NCBI RefSeq assembly: GCF_016593155.1
Contig: NZ_AP023215.1
Span: 270,001-302,000, forward strand
Direction of reading: 5' to 3'
DNA: 32,000 bases
Origin: Candidatus Saccharimonadota bacterium
GTDB taxonomy: Bacteria > Pseudomonadota > Gammaproteobacteria > Burkholderiales > Burkholderiaceae
Shown here: piece by piece, positions 1-11,781 of the stretch
How the letters are laid out: each line of letters starts with the position of its first letter
Position numbering within the stretch: the first letter of the stretch is position 1
Made by a program: the position numbers and the translations under genes
The notes under the pieces: model-generated
Databases searched by the model: none
What the model was told of the DNA's origin: nothing
The model's input: only the letters and a program-made list of their open reading frames with translations

Positions 1-1063
1 TATTTTGAACTATACGAAGTCCTATATTATTCTTAATTTCGTGATCAAGACGATTTTTAATTTGACGTGTTGTGATAAATTTTCCTTCATTTCCTGCTAA
101 AGGAGAGTCATTGACCATAAAATTTATTGTTAAAGTAGGTTCATCTATATGTAGCATGGGTAAACCATTTGGTTTATTTGGATCGCAAATAGTAGAACCA
201 ATATAAATCTCTTCAATTCCATTAATTAGAACAATATCTCCAGATAATGCTTCATTTACTAATATGCGATCTAAACCTTTAAAGATTCGAATTTGATTTA
301 CTTTAGCTTTATTTGGTTTATCCTCCGGCCCGTTCATAATAACTACATTTTGTAGAGACTTAATTCGTCCACTTAAAATCCTTCCAATTCCTATTTTTCC
401 TAAATACGAAGAATGCTCTAATGATATTATTTGTAATTTTAGTGGATCATTAGAATTATCTTTGTACACAGGTACATATTTTAATATAGCCTCAAATAAT
501 GGAATCATATTACCTTGACGAACTTTTGAATTTTCATTGGCGTAACCATGTAATGCTGAAGTATAAATTATTGGAAAATCTAATTGTTCTTCAGTTGCAC
601 AAAGTTTATCAAATAAATCAAAAGTTTCATTAACCGCCCATTCTGGACGGGCACTAGAGCGATCAATTTTATTAATAACAACAATTGGTTTAAAACCTAA
701 TTTTAAAGCTTTACGTGTTACAAATCGTGTTTGAGGCATAGGTCCTTCTACTGCATCAATAAGAAGTAAAACATTGTCTACCATTGATAAAATACGCTCA
801 ACTTCTCCTCCAAAATCAGAATGACCAGGAGTATCAACAATATTAATGCGCGTACCTTTATATTCAATAGAACAATTTTTAGAAAAAATTGTAATACCTC
901 GTTCTTTTTCAATTTCATTTGAGTCCATTATACGCGTATTAACATTTTGATTTTTACGAAATGTTCCTGATTGACGTAATAGATGATCAATAAGAGTAGT
1001 TTTACCATGATCAACATGAGCAATAATTGCTATATTTCTAAAAGATCGTTTTGTTTTTAACAT
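1..1063 (-). CDS. typA: GTP-binding translational GTPase TypA/BipA, N-terminal ~354 codons (3' end runs off the left edge of the window)
   Basis: Absent from the ORF track because it is open to the window edge. My reverse-strand translation from the ATG at 1063-1061 gives MLKTKRSFRNIAIIAHVDHGKTTLIDHLLRQSG...VDTPGHSDFGGEVER...VVINKIDR...ICDPNKPNGLPMLHIDEPTLTINFMVNDSPLAGNEGKFITTRQI. These are the G1/G3/G4 motifs and downstream domains typical of BipA. Confidence 0.9.
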   Translation of the reverse strand, partial: MLKTKRSFRNIAIIAHVDHGKTTLIDHLLRQSGTFRKNQNVNTRIMDSNEIEKERGITIFSKNCSIEYKGTRINIVDTPGHSDFGGEVERILSMVDNVLLLIDAVEGPMPQTRFVTRKALKLGFKPIVVINKIDRSSARPEWAVNETFDLFDKLCATEEQLDFPIIYTSALHGYANENSKVRQGNMIPLFEAILKYVPVYKDNSNDPLKLQIISLEHSSYLGKIGIGRILSGRIKSLQNVVIMNGPEDKPNKAKVNQIRIFKGLDRILVNEALSGDIVLINGIEEIYIGSTICDPNKPNGLPMLHIDEPTLTINFMVNDSPLAGNEGKFITTRQIKNRLDHEIKNNIGLRIVQN

Positions 1064-1130
1064 AAAATTTATAAAATTAATATTAATTTAATATACTAAA
1101 ATTAGTTAATATTTATATAAAATATAATTA

Positions 1131-2069
1131 TTAAAATAATGAAATTAGACGCACTGGAGTTAATAAAAAAAAATTATTTATAAAACCAATTCCAAGGAAT
1201 TGATAATTTTTTTTATTATAAACACGAACTTTATTATTTAATTTAAAACCTGAATCATTTAATTTAAAATCTTTAGATAAAAGTAAATTTTGTCCATGTA
1301 AAAAACGTTTAGATAATAAATTTGATAAATAAATAATTCTAAATGATGATAGTAAAATATCTATTGGAATTAATGATGAAATACGCTCATATTCTGAGTA
1401 TTTAATAAATGCATCAATATTTAAACATTTATCTAATGTTAATTTATCAATTCCAATTCGACGTAAAGATTTTAAATGCGCGCCACATCCTAACATTTTT
1501 CCTATATCTTCACTAAGTACCCGTATATATGTTCCTTTGCTACAATGTATACGCAGAGTTAAATATGGGATAGTGTAATTGATTATTGTAATTTTATATA
1601 TTTCGATATATCTTAATTTTCTTTTTAAGGTTATACCAGATCGAGCATATTTATATAGGGGTATTCCTTTATATTTTAATGCAGAATACATCGGCGGAAT
1701 TTGAGAAATTTTTCCATGAAAATTTATTAAAATTTTTTTAATAATTTCTATTGAATTTGGGGTATTTTTATTAAAATCAATAACTGTACCTTCAATATCT
1801 CCTGTTTCAGTAGTAATTCCTAAATGCATAATAGCTTCATAATATTTATCGGCTTCAGATAAATAATTAGAAAATTTAGTTGCCTCCCCAAAACATAGAG
1901 GCAGTAAACCTGTCGCAAATGGATCTAATGTACCAGTATAACCAACTTTTTTAGCGTTTAATAAATATTTTATTTTCTTTAATGCATTATTACTAGATAA
2001 ACCAGGTGGTTTATCTAATAATAAAACACCATGAATAATATTTTTATTTTTTCTGATATGAAATTGCAT
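1131..2069 (-). CDS. truB: tRNA pseudouridine-55 synthase
   Basis: 312-aa ORF with GVLLLDKPPGLSSN and the catalytic-Asp motif GYTGTLDPFATG. Sits at the conserved position downstream of rbfA. Confidence 0.92.
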   Translation of the reverse strand: MQFHIRKNKNIIHGVLLLDKPPGLSSNNALKKIKYLLNAKKVGYTGTLDPFATGLLPLCFGEATKFSNYLSEADKYYEAIMHLGITTETGDIEGTVIDFNKNTPNSIEIIKKILINFHGKISQIPPMYSALKYKGIPLYKYARSGITLKRKLRYIEIYKITIINYTIPYLTLRIHCSKGTYIRVLSEDIGKMLGCGAHLKSLRRIGIDKLTLDKCLNIDAFIKYSEYERISSLIPIDILLSSFRIIYLSNLLSKRFLHGQNLLLSKDFKLNDSGFKLNNKVRVYNKKNYQFLGIGFINNFFLLTPVRLISLF

Positions 2070-2111
2070 AAAATATTTAATCTATAATTTAATTAAATAA
2101 TAATATTAAAA

Positions 2112-2483
2112 TTAATTATTAGTATTGTTATTTAAAGCCTTATCAATTAATTTGGATATCATCATAGCATTTTCTATAGAATGATCATAAATAAAATTAA
2201 GAATAGGCAAGGTATGAATGTGCAATTTTTTAGAAAGTTTAAATCGAATATAATTATTAGCTTTAGATAAATTATCTAAAATATTTTTAATAGAAATATC
2301 TTTATTAAAAGTTGTAAAAAAAATTTTAGCATAAGAATAATCTAAAGTGATTTTTACTTCTGTAATTGTAATAATATTTATGCGAGGATTTTGAATATCA
2401 AATGCAATAATTTCTGAGATATCGCGTTGAATTTGATTTTCTATTCGAGCTAATCTTTCTAAAGTAATTTTTTTTTGATGCAT
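2112..2483 (-). CDS. rbfA: ribosome-binding factor A
   Basis: 123-aa ORF of RbfA size with an RbfA-like N-terminus (RIENQIQRDISEIIAFDIQNPR). Conserved infB-rbfA-truB order. Confidence 0.85.
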   Translation of the reverse strand: MHQKKITLERLARIENQIQRDISEIIAFDIQNPRINIITITEVKITLDYSYAKIFFTTFNKDISIKNILDNLSKANNYIRFKLSKKLHIHTLPILNFIYDHSIENAMMISKLIDKALNNNTNN

Positions 2484-2530
2484 TTTATTTTTTAAAAAAT
2501 TTATTTTAGAATATTTTATTATTTATTAAT

Positions 2531-4534
2531 TTATATATTTTTTGTAATTTCATGAATTTCGAAAATTTCAAGACGATCTCCTATGATAATTTCATTATAA
2601 TTTTTTAATGAAATACCGCATTCAAAACCAGCTTTTACTTCTTTAACATTATCCTTAAAACGTTTTAATGAATCTAGTTCTCCTGTCCAAATCATACTTT
2701 TATTACGTAATATTCGAATTTTTGAATCACGACGTATAAGTCCTTCTAAAATATAGCAACCAGCAATTGTACCAACCTTACTAACTATAATAATTTGACG
2801 AATTTCAGCTAATCCTAATAAATTTTCTTTTTTTTCTAAAGGTAATAAATTAGTTATTTCTGATTTAATTTCTTTAATAATATTATAAATAATATTATGA
2901 TAACGAATATTTATACCATTAATTTGAGCTAATTTTCGAGTAGATGCATCAGCTTGCACATTAAATCCAATGATTATTGCTTTAGAGGTAATTGCTAAAT
3001 TAATATCTGATTCATTAATATTTCCAACCGCATTATGTATTACTTGTATTTTAATTTTATTAGTTGATAGGTTTTTTAAACTTTCCGTTAAAGCTTCTCG
3101 TGATCCATGAACATCTGTTTTAATAATTATTAAGAAATTTCTTAATTCTTTTTCATTAATATTATTAAACATATTTTCTGATTTAGGGGGGTGTTGTTTT
3201 TCTAATTTAAAATCACGAAATTTACCTTGACGAAACAAACTAATTTCACGGGCTTTTTTTTCATTTAATATAACTAATAATTCATCTCCTGAAGAAGGTA
3301 CCTCTGTTAATCCTTGAATTTCAACGGGGATTGATGGACCAGCTTCAAGAATACTTTTACCGTTTTCATCTAACATAGAACGTATTCGACCGTAACTTAC
3401 CCCAGCTACAACCATATCACTTCGGTGTAATGTACCAGATTGTATTAAAACCGTAGCCACAGGCCCTTTTCCTTTATCCAATCGAGATTCAATTATTACT
3501 CCCTTTGCTGGAGTTGAAACTGGGGCTTTTAATTCTAAAAGTTCAGCTTGTAATAAAATATTTTCTAGTAATGTATTAATACCCGTACCTTTTTTTGCGG
3601 AAATAGATATAAAGGGAGATGCGCCACCATATTCCTCTGGAATTACTTGCTCAGAGATTAATTCTTGTTTTATACGATCTAAATTAATATCTAATTTATC
3701 AATTTTATTAATAGCCACTATTAATGGCACCCCACTAATTTTAGCATGCGCAATTGCCTCACGTGTTTGAGGCATTACTCCATCATCTGCAGCGACTACT
3801 AAAACTACTATATCAGTAACTTTAGCTCCTCTAGCTCGCATTGCAGTAAACGCTTCATGCCCCGGGGTATCTAAAAAAGTAATTGAGCCATGATTTGTTG
3901 TAACATTGTAAGCTCCAATATGTTGAGTAATCCCTCCTGCTTCATTAAATACTACATTAGTTTTTCGAATATAATCTAATAAAGAAGTTTTTCCATGGTC
4001 AACATGCCCCATAATAGTAACAATAGGTGCTCTAACTAATGATTCAGAGGTAATATTATTGTATTCAGTTAATAAAAAAGATTCAGGATCATTTAATTTA
4101 GAAGCATGTGCAATATGTCCCATTTCTTCAACTAAAATCATTGCAGTTTCTTGATCTAAAATTTGATTAATAGTAACCATTTGTCCTAATTTCATTAGGT
4201 TTTTAATTATTACTGATGATTTTACCGACATTTTATGCGCTAATTCTGATACTATTATAGTTTCAGGAATATAGATATTTTTAATTATAGAATCAGTTGG
4301 AATTTGAAAATTTGTTTTATGTTCTTTATTATTTTTATAATTTTTTGATTTTATACGATTATTACCACGATTATTGGTATTAATATATGTTTTTGTATTA
4401 CTTCTACGTTTTTTATAAGAATTATCTTTCCATTTAGATGATTTTTTTTCTAATTGAGTTAAATTTTTATTAAATATATTTAATTTTTTTATATCTTTTT
4501 TTTCATTTGATGATTTATTATATTTATTTAGCAT
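2531..4534 (-). CDS. infB: translation initiation factor IF-2 with a shortened, K/N-rich N-terminal region
   Basis: 667-aa ORF. G domain motifs [22 protein letters not shown]-terminal IF2 domains present. Lies immediately downstream of nusA. Confidence 0.95.
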   Translation of the reverse strand: MLNKYNKSSNEKKDIKKLNIFNKNLTQLEKKSSKWKDNSYKKRRSNTKTYINTNNRGNNRIKSKNYKNNKEHKTNFQIPTDSIIKNIYIPETIIVSELAHKMSVKSSVIIKNLMKLGQMVTINQILDQETAMILVEEMGHIAHASKLNDPESFLLTEYNNITSESLVRAPIVTIMGHVDHGKTSLLDYIRKTNVVFNEAGGITQHIGAYNVTTNHGSITFLDTPGHEAFTAMRARGAKVTDIVVLVVAADDGVMPQTREAIAHAKISGVPLIVAINKIDKLDINLDRIKQELISEQVIPEEYGGASPFISISAKKGTGINTLLENILLQAELLELKAPVSTPAKGVIIESRLDKGKGPVATVLIQSGTLHRSDMVVAGVSYGRIRSMLDENGKSILEAGPSIPVEIQGLTEVPSSGDELLVILNEKKAREISLFRQGKFRDFKLEKQHPPKSENMFNNINEKELRNFLIIIKTDVHGSREALTESLKNLSTNKIKIQVIHNAVGNINESDINLAITSKAIIIGFNVQADASTRKLAQINGINIRYHNIIYNIIKEIKSEITNLLPLEKKENLLGLAEIRQIIIVSKVGTIAGCYILEGLIRRDSKIRILRNKSMIWTGELDSLKRFKDNVKEVKAGFECGISLKNYNEIIIGDRLEIFEIHEITKNI

Positions 4535-4636
4535 ACTTTATTTTTAAACTATATAAAATTTTATTTATAATATTTATTTAATAATATGTAATTTTTTAAA
4601 TTTTTGTAATTTTAGTAATTTTTATAAAAATATTAA

Positions 4637-5728
4637 TTAATAATATATTCTTTTATATAATTGTTGAGTTGATTTTTTGTTAGTAGTAATATTAATTTTC
4701 CATCCGGTTAAATTTGATGCCAAGCGTACATTTTGACCATTACGACCAATGGCAATTGCTAAATTTTCTTCATTAACTATTACATCCATAATGTGTTTGT
4801 TTTCATTTGCTATCATTGATAGTACATTGGCTGGAGATAATGCACTAATAACAAATTTTTTTGGATCCTTTGACCAAAGTATAATGTCAATACGCTCTCC
4901 TCCAAGTTCTCCAATAACAGCTTGTACACGAGATCCGCGTATTCCAACGCATGCTCCGATTGGATCTATATGTTTATTTAGAGAATATACAGCTATTTTT
5001 GAGCGAATACCTGGATCACGCGCGGCTGATTTAATTTCTAAAGAACCTTGTTCTATTTCAGGAACTTCTAATCTAAATAAATTTATAATAAACTCCGGTG
5101 AAATACGAGATAAAATTATATAAGGTTTTTTATATATTTTATTATTATTATAATTACATTCAATTTGTTGAATATAAGCACGTAAACGATCTCCAATTCG
5201 AAAATTTTCTTTTGGAATCATTTTATTTCTTGGTAAACGAGCTTCAATTTTTCCTAATTCAACAATAGCATCTCCATTACGCTCTATACGTTTAACTGTT
5301 CCAACAATCAAAGAATTATTTTGCTTAAGAAAATCAGATAAAATTTTTTTACGTTCCGCTTCTCGAATACATTGCAATACTAGCTGCTTAGTATCTTGCG
5401 CAAAACGACGTCCAATATCAACTGATTCTATTGGTTCTTCAATATAATCATCAATTTCTATATTTGGAATTCTTTCTAAAGCTTCAAAATGTAGTACCTC
5501 TTGATCTGGTAATTTAAGACCAGCATCATTTGGAACAACATGCCAACGACGAAAAGATTCAGAAAATCCTTTTTCTCGATCAATTGATACGCGAATATCA
5601 ACTTCGCCTTTATAACGCTTTTTTGTTGCTTGAGCAAGCGCATGCTCTAGAGATCTAAAAATTACTTCTTCATCGATATTTTTTTCACGTGCTAAAGCAT
5701 TTATTAAGGATAAAATTTCACGACTCAT
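4637..5728 (-). CDS. nusA: transcription termination/antitermination factor NusA (N-terminal domain, S1, KH1, KH2; no C-terminal AR1/AR2 repeats)
   Basis: 363-aa ORF starting [18 protein letters not shown] with [10 protein letters not shown]...[17 protein letters not shown] and [25 protein letters not shown] motifs. GGGGG Shine-Dalgarno 5 nt upstream of the ATG. Confidence 0.95.
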   Translation of the reverse strand: MSREILSLINALAREKNIDEEVIFRSLEHALAQATKKRYKGEVDIRVSIDREKGFSESFRRWHVVPNDAGLKLPDQEVLHFEALERIPNIEIDDYIEEPIESVDIGRRFAQDTKQLVLQCIREAERKKILSDFLKQNNSLIVGTVKRIERNGDAIVELGKIEARLPRNKMIPKENFRIGDRLRAYIQQIECNYNNNKIYKKPYIILSRISPEFIINLFRLEVPEIEQGSLEIKSAARDPGIRSKIAVYSLNKHIDPIGACVGIRGSRVQAVIGELGGERIDIILWSKDPKKFVISALSPANVLSMIANENKHIMDVIVNEENLAIAIGRNGQNVRLASNLTGWKINITTNKKSTQQLYKRIYY

Positions 5729-5832
5729 ATTGACCCCCGAAATTTACTTATAAAAATATATAAATATATTTTATCCAGATTAATTTAATAATCTTTAATA
5801 GAATAATCTATTATTATATTTTTTTTAAAATA

Positions 5833-5867
5833 AAAAATTAATTATTAAAAATTAATAATTAATTTTT
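5833..5867. repeat. perfect A/T-only inverted repeat (16-bp arms 5833-5848 / 5852-5867, 3-nt loop) in the rluB-nusA spacer; function unknown
   Basis: Checked base by base: aaaaattaattattaa-aaa-ttaataattaattttt. Confidence refers to it being a functional element; the repeat itself is certain. Confidence 0.3.
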
Positions 5868-6004
5868 AATTTCTTTATTTTATAAAATATATATTTAAAA
5901 ATATCTCTATTATAAATTAATTTAATAATTTTTATTATATATTTTTAAAATATTTTTAGTTATTTAAATTTTAAAAATTAATTTATAAAAATTTTTATAT
6001 ATAT

Positions 6005-6799
6005 TTAATTTAGATTATATGTAAGTAATAAATTATTAACAATATTTTTTTTTAATTCTTTTAAATATCCTCGTTTAAATTCATATGGTAATTTAATTAT
6101 TCCATAACGAATACGGATTAAACGAGATACAACTAATCCAAATATTTCAAACATTTTACGTACTTCTCTATTACGACCCTCATAAATTATTACTTTATAC
6201 CATTTATTGGAACCATATCCTCCGGATTCAGAGATATTTGAAAAACGCGCTAAACCATGTTTTAATTTAATTCCTTTAATTAATTTTATTTTTATATTAT
6301 TTGTTAATTTTCCTAATATGCGTACAGCGTATTCACGTTCAATATTATAACGAGGATGTGATAATCTATTCACTAATTTTCCTGAATTAGTGAATAATAA
6401 TAAACCCTCTGTATTAAAATCAAGTCTTCCGATAGATAACCATTTTGAATATTTTATATTTGGTAAATTATCAAATACTGAGGGACGATTATTAGGATCA
6501 TTGTAACTAACAATTTCACCAGAAGGTTTATAATAAATTAGTATACGAATAGTATTTTTATAAATTTTATTTTTTAATAATTTTCCATTAATTTTAATAC
6601 AATCATTTAAAGAGATGCGTTGACCGATATGTGCTAGTTTATTATTTATAGAAATACAACCGGAAATAATTAATTTTTCTATATTTCTGCGTGAACCTAT
6701 TCCGATATTAGCTAGTGCTTTTTGTAATTTTGGAAAGTTATTATTTTCTTTTGGAGTTTTAATATTTTTTGAAATATTTTTAATGTATGGAAATATCAT
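6005..6799 (-). CDS. rluB: 23S rRNA pseudouridine synthase, RsuA/RluB family
   Basis: 264-aa ORF. S4-like LQKALANIGIGSRRNIEKLI, catalytic GRLDFNTEGLLLFTNSG, and REYAVRI...EGRNREVRKMFE...VSRLIRIRYG, closely paralleling E. coli RluB. Confidence 0.85.
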   Translation of the reverse strand: MIFPYIKNISKNIKTPKENNNFPKLQKALANIGIGSRRNIEKLIISGCISINNKLAHIGQRISLNDCIKINGKLLKNKIYKNTIRILIYYKPSGEIVSYNDPNNRPSVFDNLPNIKYSKWLSIGRLDFNTEGLLLFTNSGKLVNRLSHPRYNIEREYAVRILGKLTNNIKIKLIKGIKLKHGLARFSNISESGGYGSNKWYKVIIYEGRNREVRKMFEIFGLVVSRLIRIRYGIIKLPYEFKRGYLKELKKNIVNNLLLTYNLN

Positions 6800-6837
6800 G
6801 ATATTTTTAATAGCAATAAAAATAATTTTAATTCTAT

Positions 6838-7296
6838 TTATAATTGAATATAATGTGATAGTCCAATTTTTTTAATTAATTTTAACTGCATTTCTAACCA
6901 ATAAATATGTTTTTCGGTATCACATAGAATATTTATTAATATATTTTGTGAAATATAATCATTAAATTTATTAATGCTTAAAATTCCTTTTTTTATTGTA
7001 ATTTGAGAAATTTTTTCTAATTTTAAATCATTTTTTAAAATTTCTATAATATTTTTACTCACTTTAAATTGATGTAATATTCTCATATTAGGTTCACCAT
7101 TAAGCATAAGAATACGATCAATTAATTGATCAGCATGTTTCATTTCTTCAATAGATTCTTTATATTCTTTTTTAGATATTTTTATAAATCCCCAATTTTT
7201 ACATATTTTAGAATGTAAAAAATATTGATTAGCCGCAGAGAGTTCGTTTATTAATTGAAAATTAAGTACTTGAATAATAGATGAATTATCTTTCAT
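6838..7296 (-). CDS. bfr: bacterioferritin
   Basis: 152-aa ORF alignable from memory to E. coli Bfr. NELSAANQYFLHSKICKNWGF, EEMKHADQ (Glu51/Met52/His54 equivalents), LKLEK (Glu94), DTEKHIYWLE (Glu127/His130). Confidence 0.9.
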   Translation of the reverse strand: MKDNSSIIQVLNFQLINELSAANQYFLHSKICKNWGFIKISKKEYKESIEEMKHADQLIDRILMLNGEPNMRILHQFKVSKNIIEILKNDLKLEKISQITIKKGILSINKFNDYISQNILINILCDTEKHIYWLEMQLKLIKKIGLSHYIQL

Positions 7297-7344
7297 AAAA
7301 TTTCCATAAAATTAATAAAAATTTTTATAAGTTAAGGATTAAAT

Positions 7345-7779
7345 TTAGTTATATTTTTTAAAGCGTAAATATTGAATAGTTTTTAATTGAGCAATAATAA
7401 TTGCTAATTTAGATTGAACTATTGAATAATCAACATTTGATTTTTTATCGGATAAAATATTTTCAAGTAAAATTTTTTCTTTTTTTATTTTTTCTTCAAC
7501 TAAATCAGAACCACGTATTGCTGCGTCAGCTAAAACAATTATAGAATAAGGTTGTATATCTATAATCCCTCCAGAAACAAAAATACATTTTTCTTTGATT
7601 TGTTTATTAATTTTTATTCTTATAAATCCTGGTTTTATGCATGTAATTAATGGAGAATGTGAAGGATAAATTCCTAATTCTCCTAACTCTCCGGGTAATA
7701 CTACAAATTTTATATTTTTATTAGAAAATAATAAACCTTCAATTGATACTATATCAAGATGCATAGTATGAATTGTCAT
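7345..7779 (-). CDS. atpC: F1 ATP synthase epsilon subunit
   Basis: 144-aa ORF, last gene of the atp operon directly after atpD. N-terminus LDIVSIEGLLFS...VVLPGELGELGIYPSHSPLIT is typical of epsilon. Confidence 0.9.
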   Translation of the reverse strand: MTIHTMHLDIVSIEGLLFSNKNIKFVVLPGELGELGIYPSHSPLITCIKPGFIRIKINKQIKEKCIFVSGGIIDIQPYSIIVLADAAIRGSDLVEEKIKKEKILLENILSDKKSNVDYSIVQSKLAIIIAQLKTIQYLRFKKYN

Positions 7780-7827
7780 ATAATTTTTCCAGTTTTATAA
7801 TTAAATTTAATAATGATATTTATTTAT

Positions 7828-9258
<1,431 letters not shown>

Positions 9259-9289
9259 TTAAAATTTTTTTTTTATTTTCTTTTAAGAA

Positions 9290-10168
9290 TTAAATTACAG
9301 AAGAACCGCTAATAATTTCTGATAATTCTTTAGTAATTGTTGCTTGTCTAGTTTTGTTATATATTAATTTTAATTCATCTATTATATAGTCAGCATTTTC
9401 GCTAGCTGATTTCATTGCCATCATTCTTGAAACTTGTTCTGATGCTATATTTTCAGATACTAATTGATAAATTAATGCTTCGATATAACGAATAAATAAT
9501 TTATTAATTAAAGTAATAATATCTGTTTCGTATGTATAATACGAAGAATATTTACTATTATTTTTTTTGGAATAAATTAGGTGTTTATAATCAAAAGGTA
9601 ATAATTTATAAATAGTTGCTTTTTGTTGTATTGTATTTATGAATTTAGTATATATTATATATATTGAATTAATAAGATTATTTTGATAATTTTTTAGTAA
9701 AATTTTAATTAAGTTAGTTAATTTATTTAAATATAATATATCACCAATGTGCGTAATACATAATTTAGTTTTAATATTAATTTCATTTAAAAAATTTAAT
9801 CCTTTTTGACCGATAGCAAAAAAATCTATAAAATTACCTTTATTTTCTAATTCATTTATTTTTTTTATTAATATACGAAATATATTAGAATTTATGGAGC
9901 CACATAAACCTTTATCTGTGGTAATTAAAATAATAGCAACACGTTTTATTTTATTTTTTTTTTTTAAAAATAAATTTTTATACTCACAATGAGTTCGCAA
10001 TAAATTACAAATAATTCTTTTAATATTTTCACTATAAGGACGAGCTTCGTGCATTTTATTTTGTGTTTTTCTCATTTTTGATGCCGATACCATTTCCATA
10101 GCTTTAGTAATTTTTTTTGTATTTTTAATGCTTTTAATTTTATTAAAAATATTTTTACTAGTAACCAT
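9290..10168 (-). CDS. atpG: F1 ATP synthase gamma subunit
   Basis: 292-aa ORF. N-terminus IKSIKNTKKITKAMEMVSASKMRK and C-terminus NKTRQATITKELSEIISG are gamma signatures. Confidence 0.93.
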   Translation of the reverse strand: MVTSKNIFNKIKSIKNTKKITKAMEMVSASKMRKTQNKMHEARPYSENIKRIICNLLRTHCEYKNLFLKKKNKIKRVAIILITTDKGLCGSINSNIFRILIKKINELENKGNFIDFFAIGQKGLNFLNEINIKTKLCITHIGDILYLNKLTNLIKILLKNYQNNLINSIYIIYTKFINTIQQKATIYKLLPFDYKHLIYSKKNNSKYSSYYTYETDIITLINKLFIRYIEALIYQLVSENIASEQVSRMMAMKSASENADYIIDELKLIYNKTRQATITKELSEIISGSSVI

Positions 10169-10190
10169 AATTTAATTTATAAAATTATTT

Positions 10191-11738
10191 TTATATTTTA
10201 GGATTATAAGATTTCTTAAAATTTATTAAAATAGTAGTTAAAGAATTCTCTATATCTAAATTAAATTTATTAGTATTTTTAATTTTTTCTAAAAGAGAAC
10301 TTTGACATGTTTTCATAAATTTGTATAAAGAAGATTCAAAATTTAATATTTTTTTAATTTCTATATCATCTAAAAAACCTTTATTAATAGCAAATAATAT
10401 TACAGATATTAATGAGATTGGTAATGGAGAATATTGTTTTTGTTTTAATAATTCAGTTACTCGTGCGCCACGATCAAGTTGTTTTCGGGTAACTGAATCT
10501 AAATCTGAGGCGAATTGTGAAAATGCAGCTAATTCACGATATTGAGCTAAATCAGTACGAATATTACTGGATAATTTTTTAATAAATTTAATTTGCGCGG
10601 CTCCACCAACTCTTGAAACAGAAATACCTGCATTAATTGCTGGACGAATACCAGAATTAAATAATGAAGAATCTAAAAAAATTTGACCATCGGTAATTGA
10701 AATTACATTAGTTGGAACAAATGCTGATATGTCTCCCGCTTGTGTTTCGATAATCGGTAAAGCTGTTAAAGATCCAGTTTTGCCAGTTATCTTGCCGTTT
10801 GTGTAATTTTCAACATATTTAATATTTACTCTAGCTGAGCGTTCTAATAATCGACTATGTAAATAAAATATATCTCCAGGATAAGCTTCTCTTCCTGGTG
10901 GTCGTCTTAAGAGTAATGATATTTGACGGTAGGCAATCGCTTGTTTAGATAAATCATCATAAACAATTAATGCATCTTTTCCATGATCTCTAAAATATTC
11001 GCCAATAGTACAACCTGAATAAGCTGATATAAATTGCATAGAAGCAGAATCAGAAGCTGTTGCAACAACAACAATAGTATATGGCATTGCTCCATATTTT
11101 TCTAATAAATTTACGGTTTTTTTAATAGATGATATTTTTTGCCCAATAGCAACATAAATACAAGTAACATTTTGATTCTTTTGATTAATAATTGTATCTA
11201 TTGCTATGGAAGATTTTCCAGTTTGTCGATCTCCAATAATTAATTCACGTTGACCTCTACCAATGGGCACTATAGAGTCTATTGCTTTAATACCTGTTTG
11301 AAGAGGTTCAGAGACTGATTGGCGAAAAATTACTCCAGGAGCAACTTTTTCAATTGGAGCGGTTAATTTTGTTTTGATTAGGCCTTTTCCGTCAATTGGA
11401 TTCCCAAGAGCATTAATTACTCGACCACATAATTCTGGGCCAATAGGTACTTCTAGAATACGCCCCGTGCATTTAACTATATCACCCTCAGAAATATGTT
11501 CATATTTACCAAGAATAACTGCTCCTATAGAATCTCTTTCTAAATTTAAAGCCAAACCAAAAACATTACCAGGAAATTCTAACATTTCACCTTGCATTGC
11601 GTTGGATAAACCATAAATTTGACAAATACCATCAAAAACTGATATTACTTTACCTTGATTATAAATTTCAGCAGTATTATTAAAATTTTTAATTTGTTCT
11701 TGAATTATTGTACTAATTTCAGATGCATTAATTTGCAT
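10191..11738 (-). CDS. atpA: F1 ATP synthase alpha subunit
   Basis: 515-aa ORF. Walker A GDRQTGKS, highly conserved alpha sequence. GGAG SD upstream. Confidence 0.98.
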   Translation of the reverse strand: MQINASEISTIIQEQIKNFNNTAEIYNQGKVISVFDGICQIYGLSNAMQGEMLEFPGNVFGLALNLERDSIGAVILGKYEHISEGDIVKCTGRILEVPIGPELCGRVINALGNPIDGKGLIKTKLTAPIEKVAPGVIFRQSVSEPLQTGIKAIDSIVPIGRGQRELIIGDRQTGKSSIAIDTIINQKNQNVTCIYVAIGQKISSIKKTVNLLEKYGAMPYTIVVVATASDSASMQFISAYSGCTIGEYFRDHGKDALIVYDDLSKQAIAYRQISLLLRRPPGREAYPGDIFYLHSRLLERSARVNIKYVENYTNGKITGKTGSLTALPIIETQAGDISAFVPTNVISITDGQIFLDSSLFNSGIRPAINAGISVSRVGGAAQIKFIKKLSSNIRTDLAQYRELAAFSQFASDLDSVTRKQLDRGARVTELLKQKQYSPLPISLISVILFAINKGFLDDIEIKKILNFESSLYKFMKTCQSSLLEKIKNTNKFNLDIENSLTTILINFKKSYNPKI

Positions 11739-11781
11739 TATATAAACTCCAAAAATATATATTTTGTATTTTTTAAATTAC

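Noticed and set aside
4749-5123. 124-aa + strand ORF inside nusA
   Set aside because: It is entirely antisense to a highly conserved gene and has no SD. Its S/P/I/A-rich composition is that of a shadow frame of the better-conserved (more G/C) part of nusA.
5779-5929. 14-bp direct repeat attaatttaataat at 5779-5792 and 5916-5929
   Set aside because: In a two-letter A/T spacer of about 276 bp, one or two 14-mer matches are expected by chance (about 2^-14 per pair times about 4x10^4 pairs). It is not evidence for a repeat element.
10321-11616. Two + strand ORFs (10321-10545, 74 aa; 11374-11616, 80 aa) inside atpA
   Set aside because: Both are antisense shadow frames of atpA. Stop-codon depletion on the opposite strand of conserved, relatively G/C-richer coding sequence explains them.
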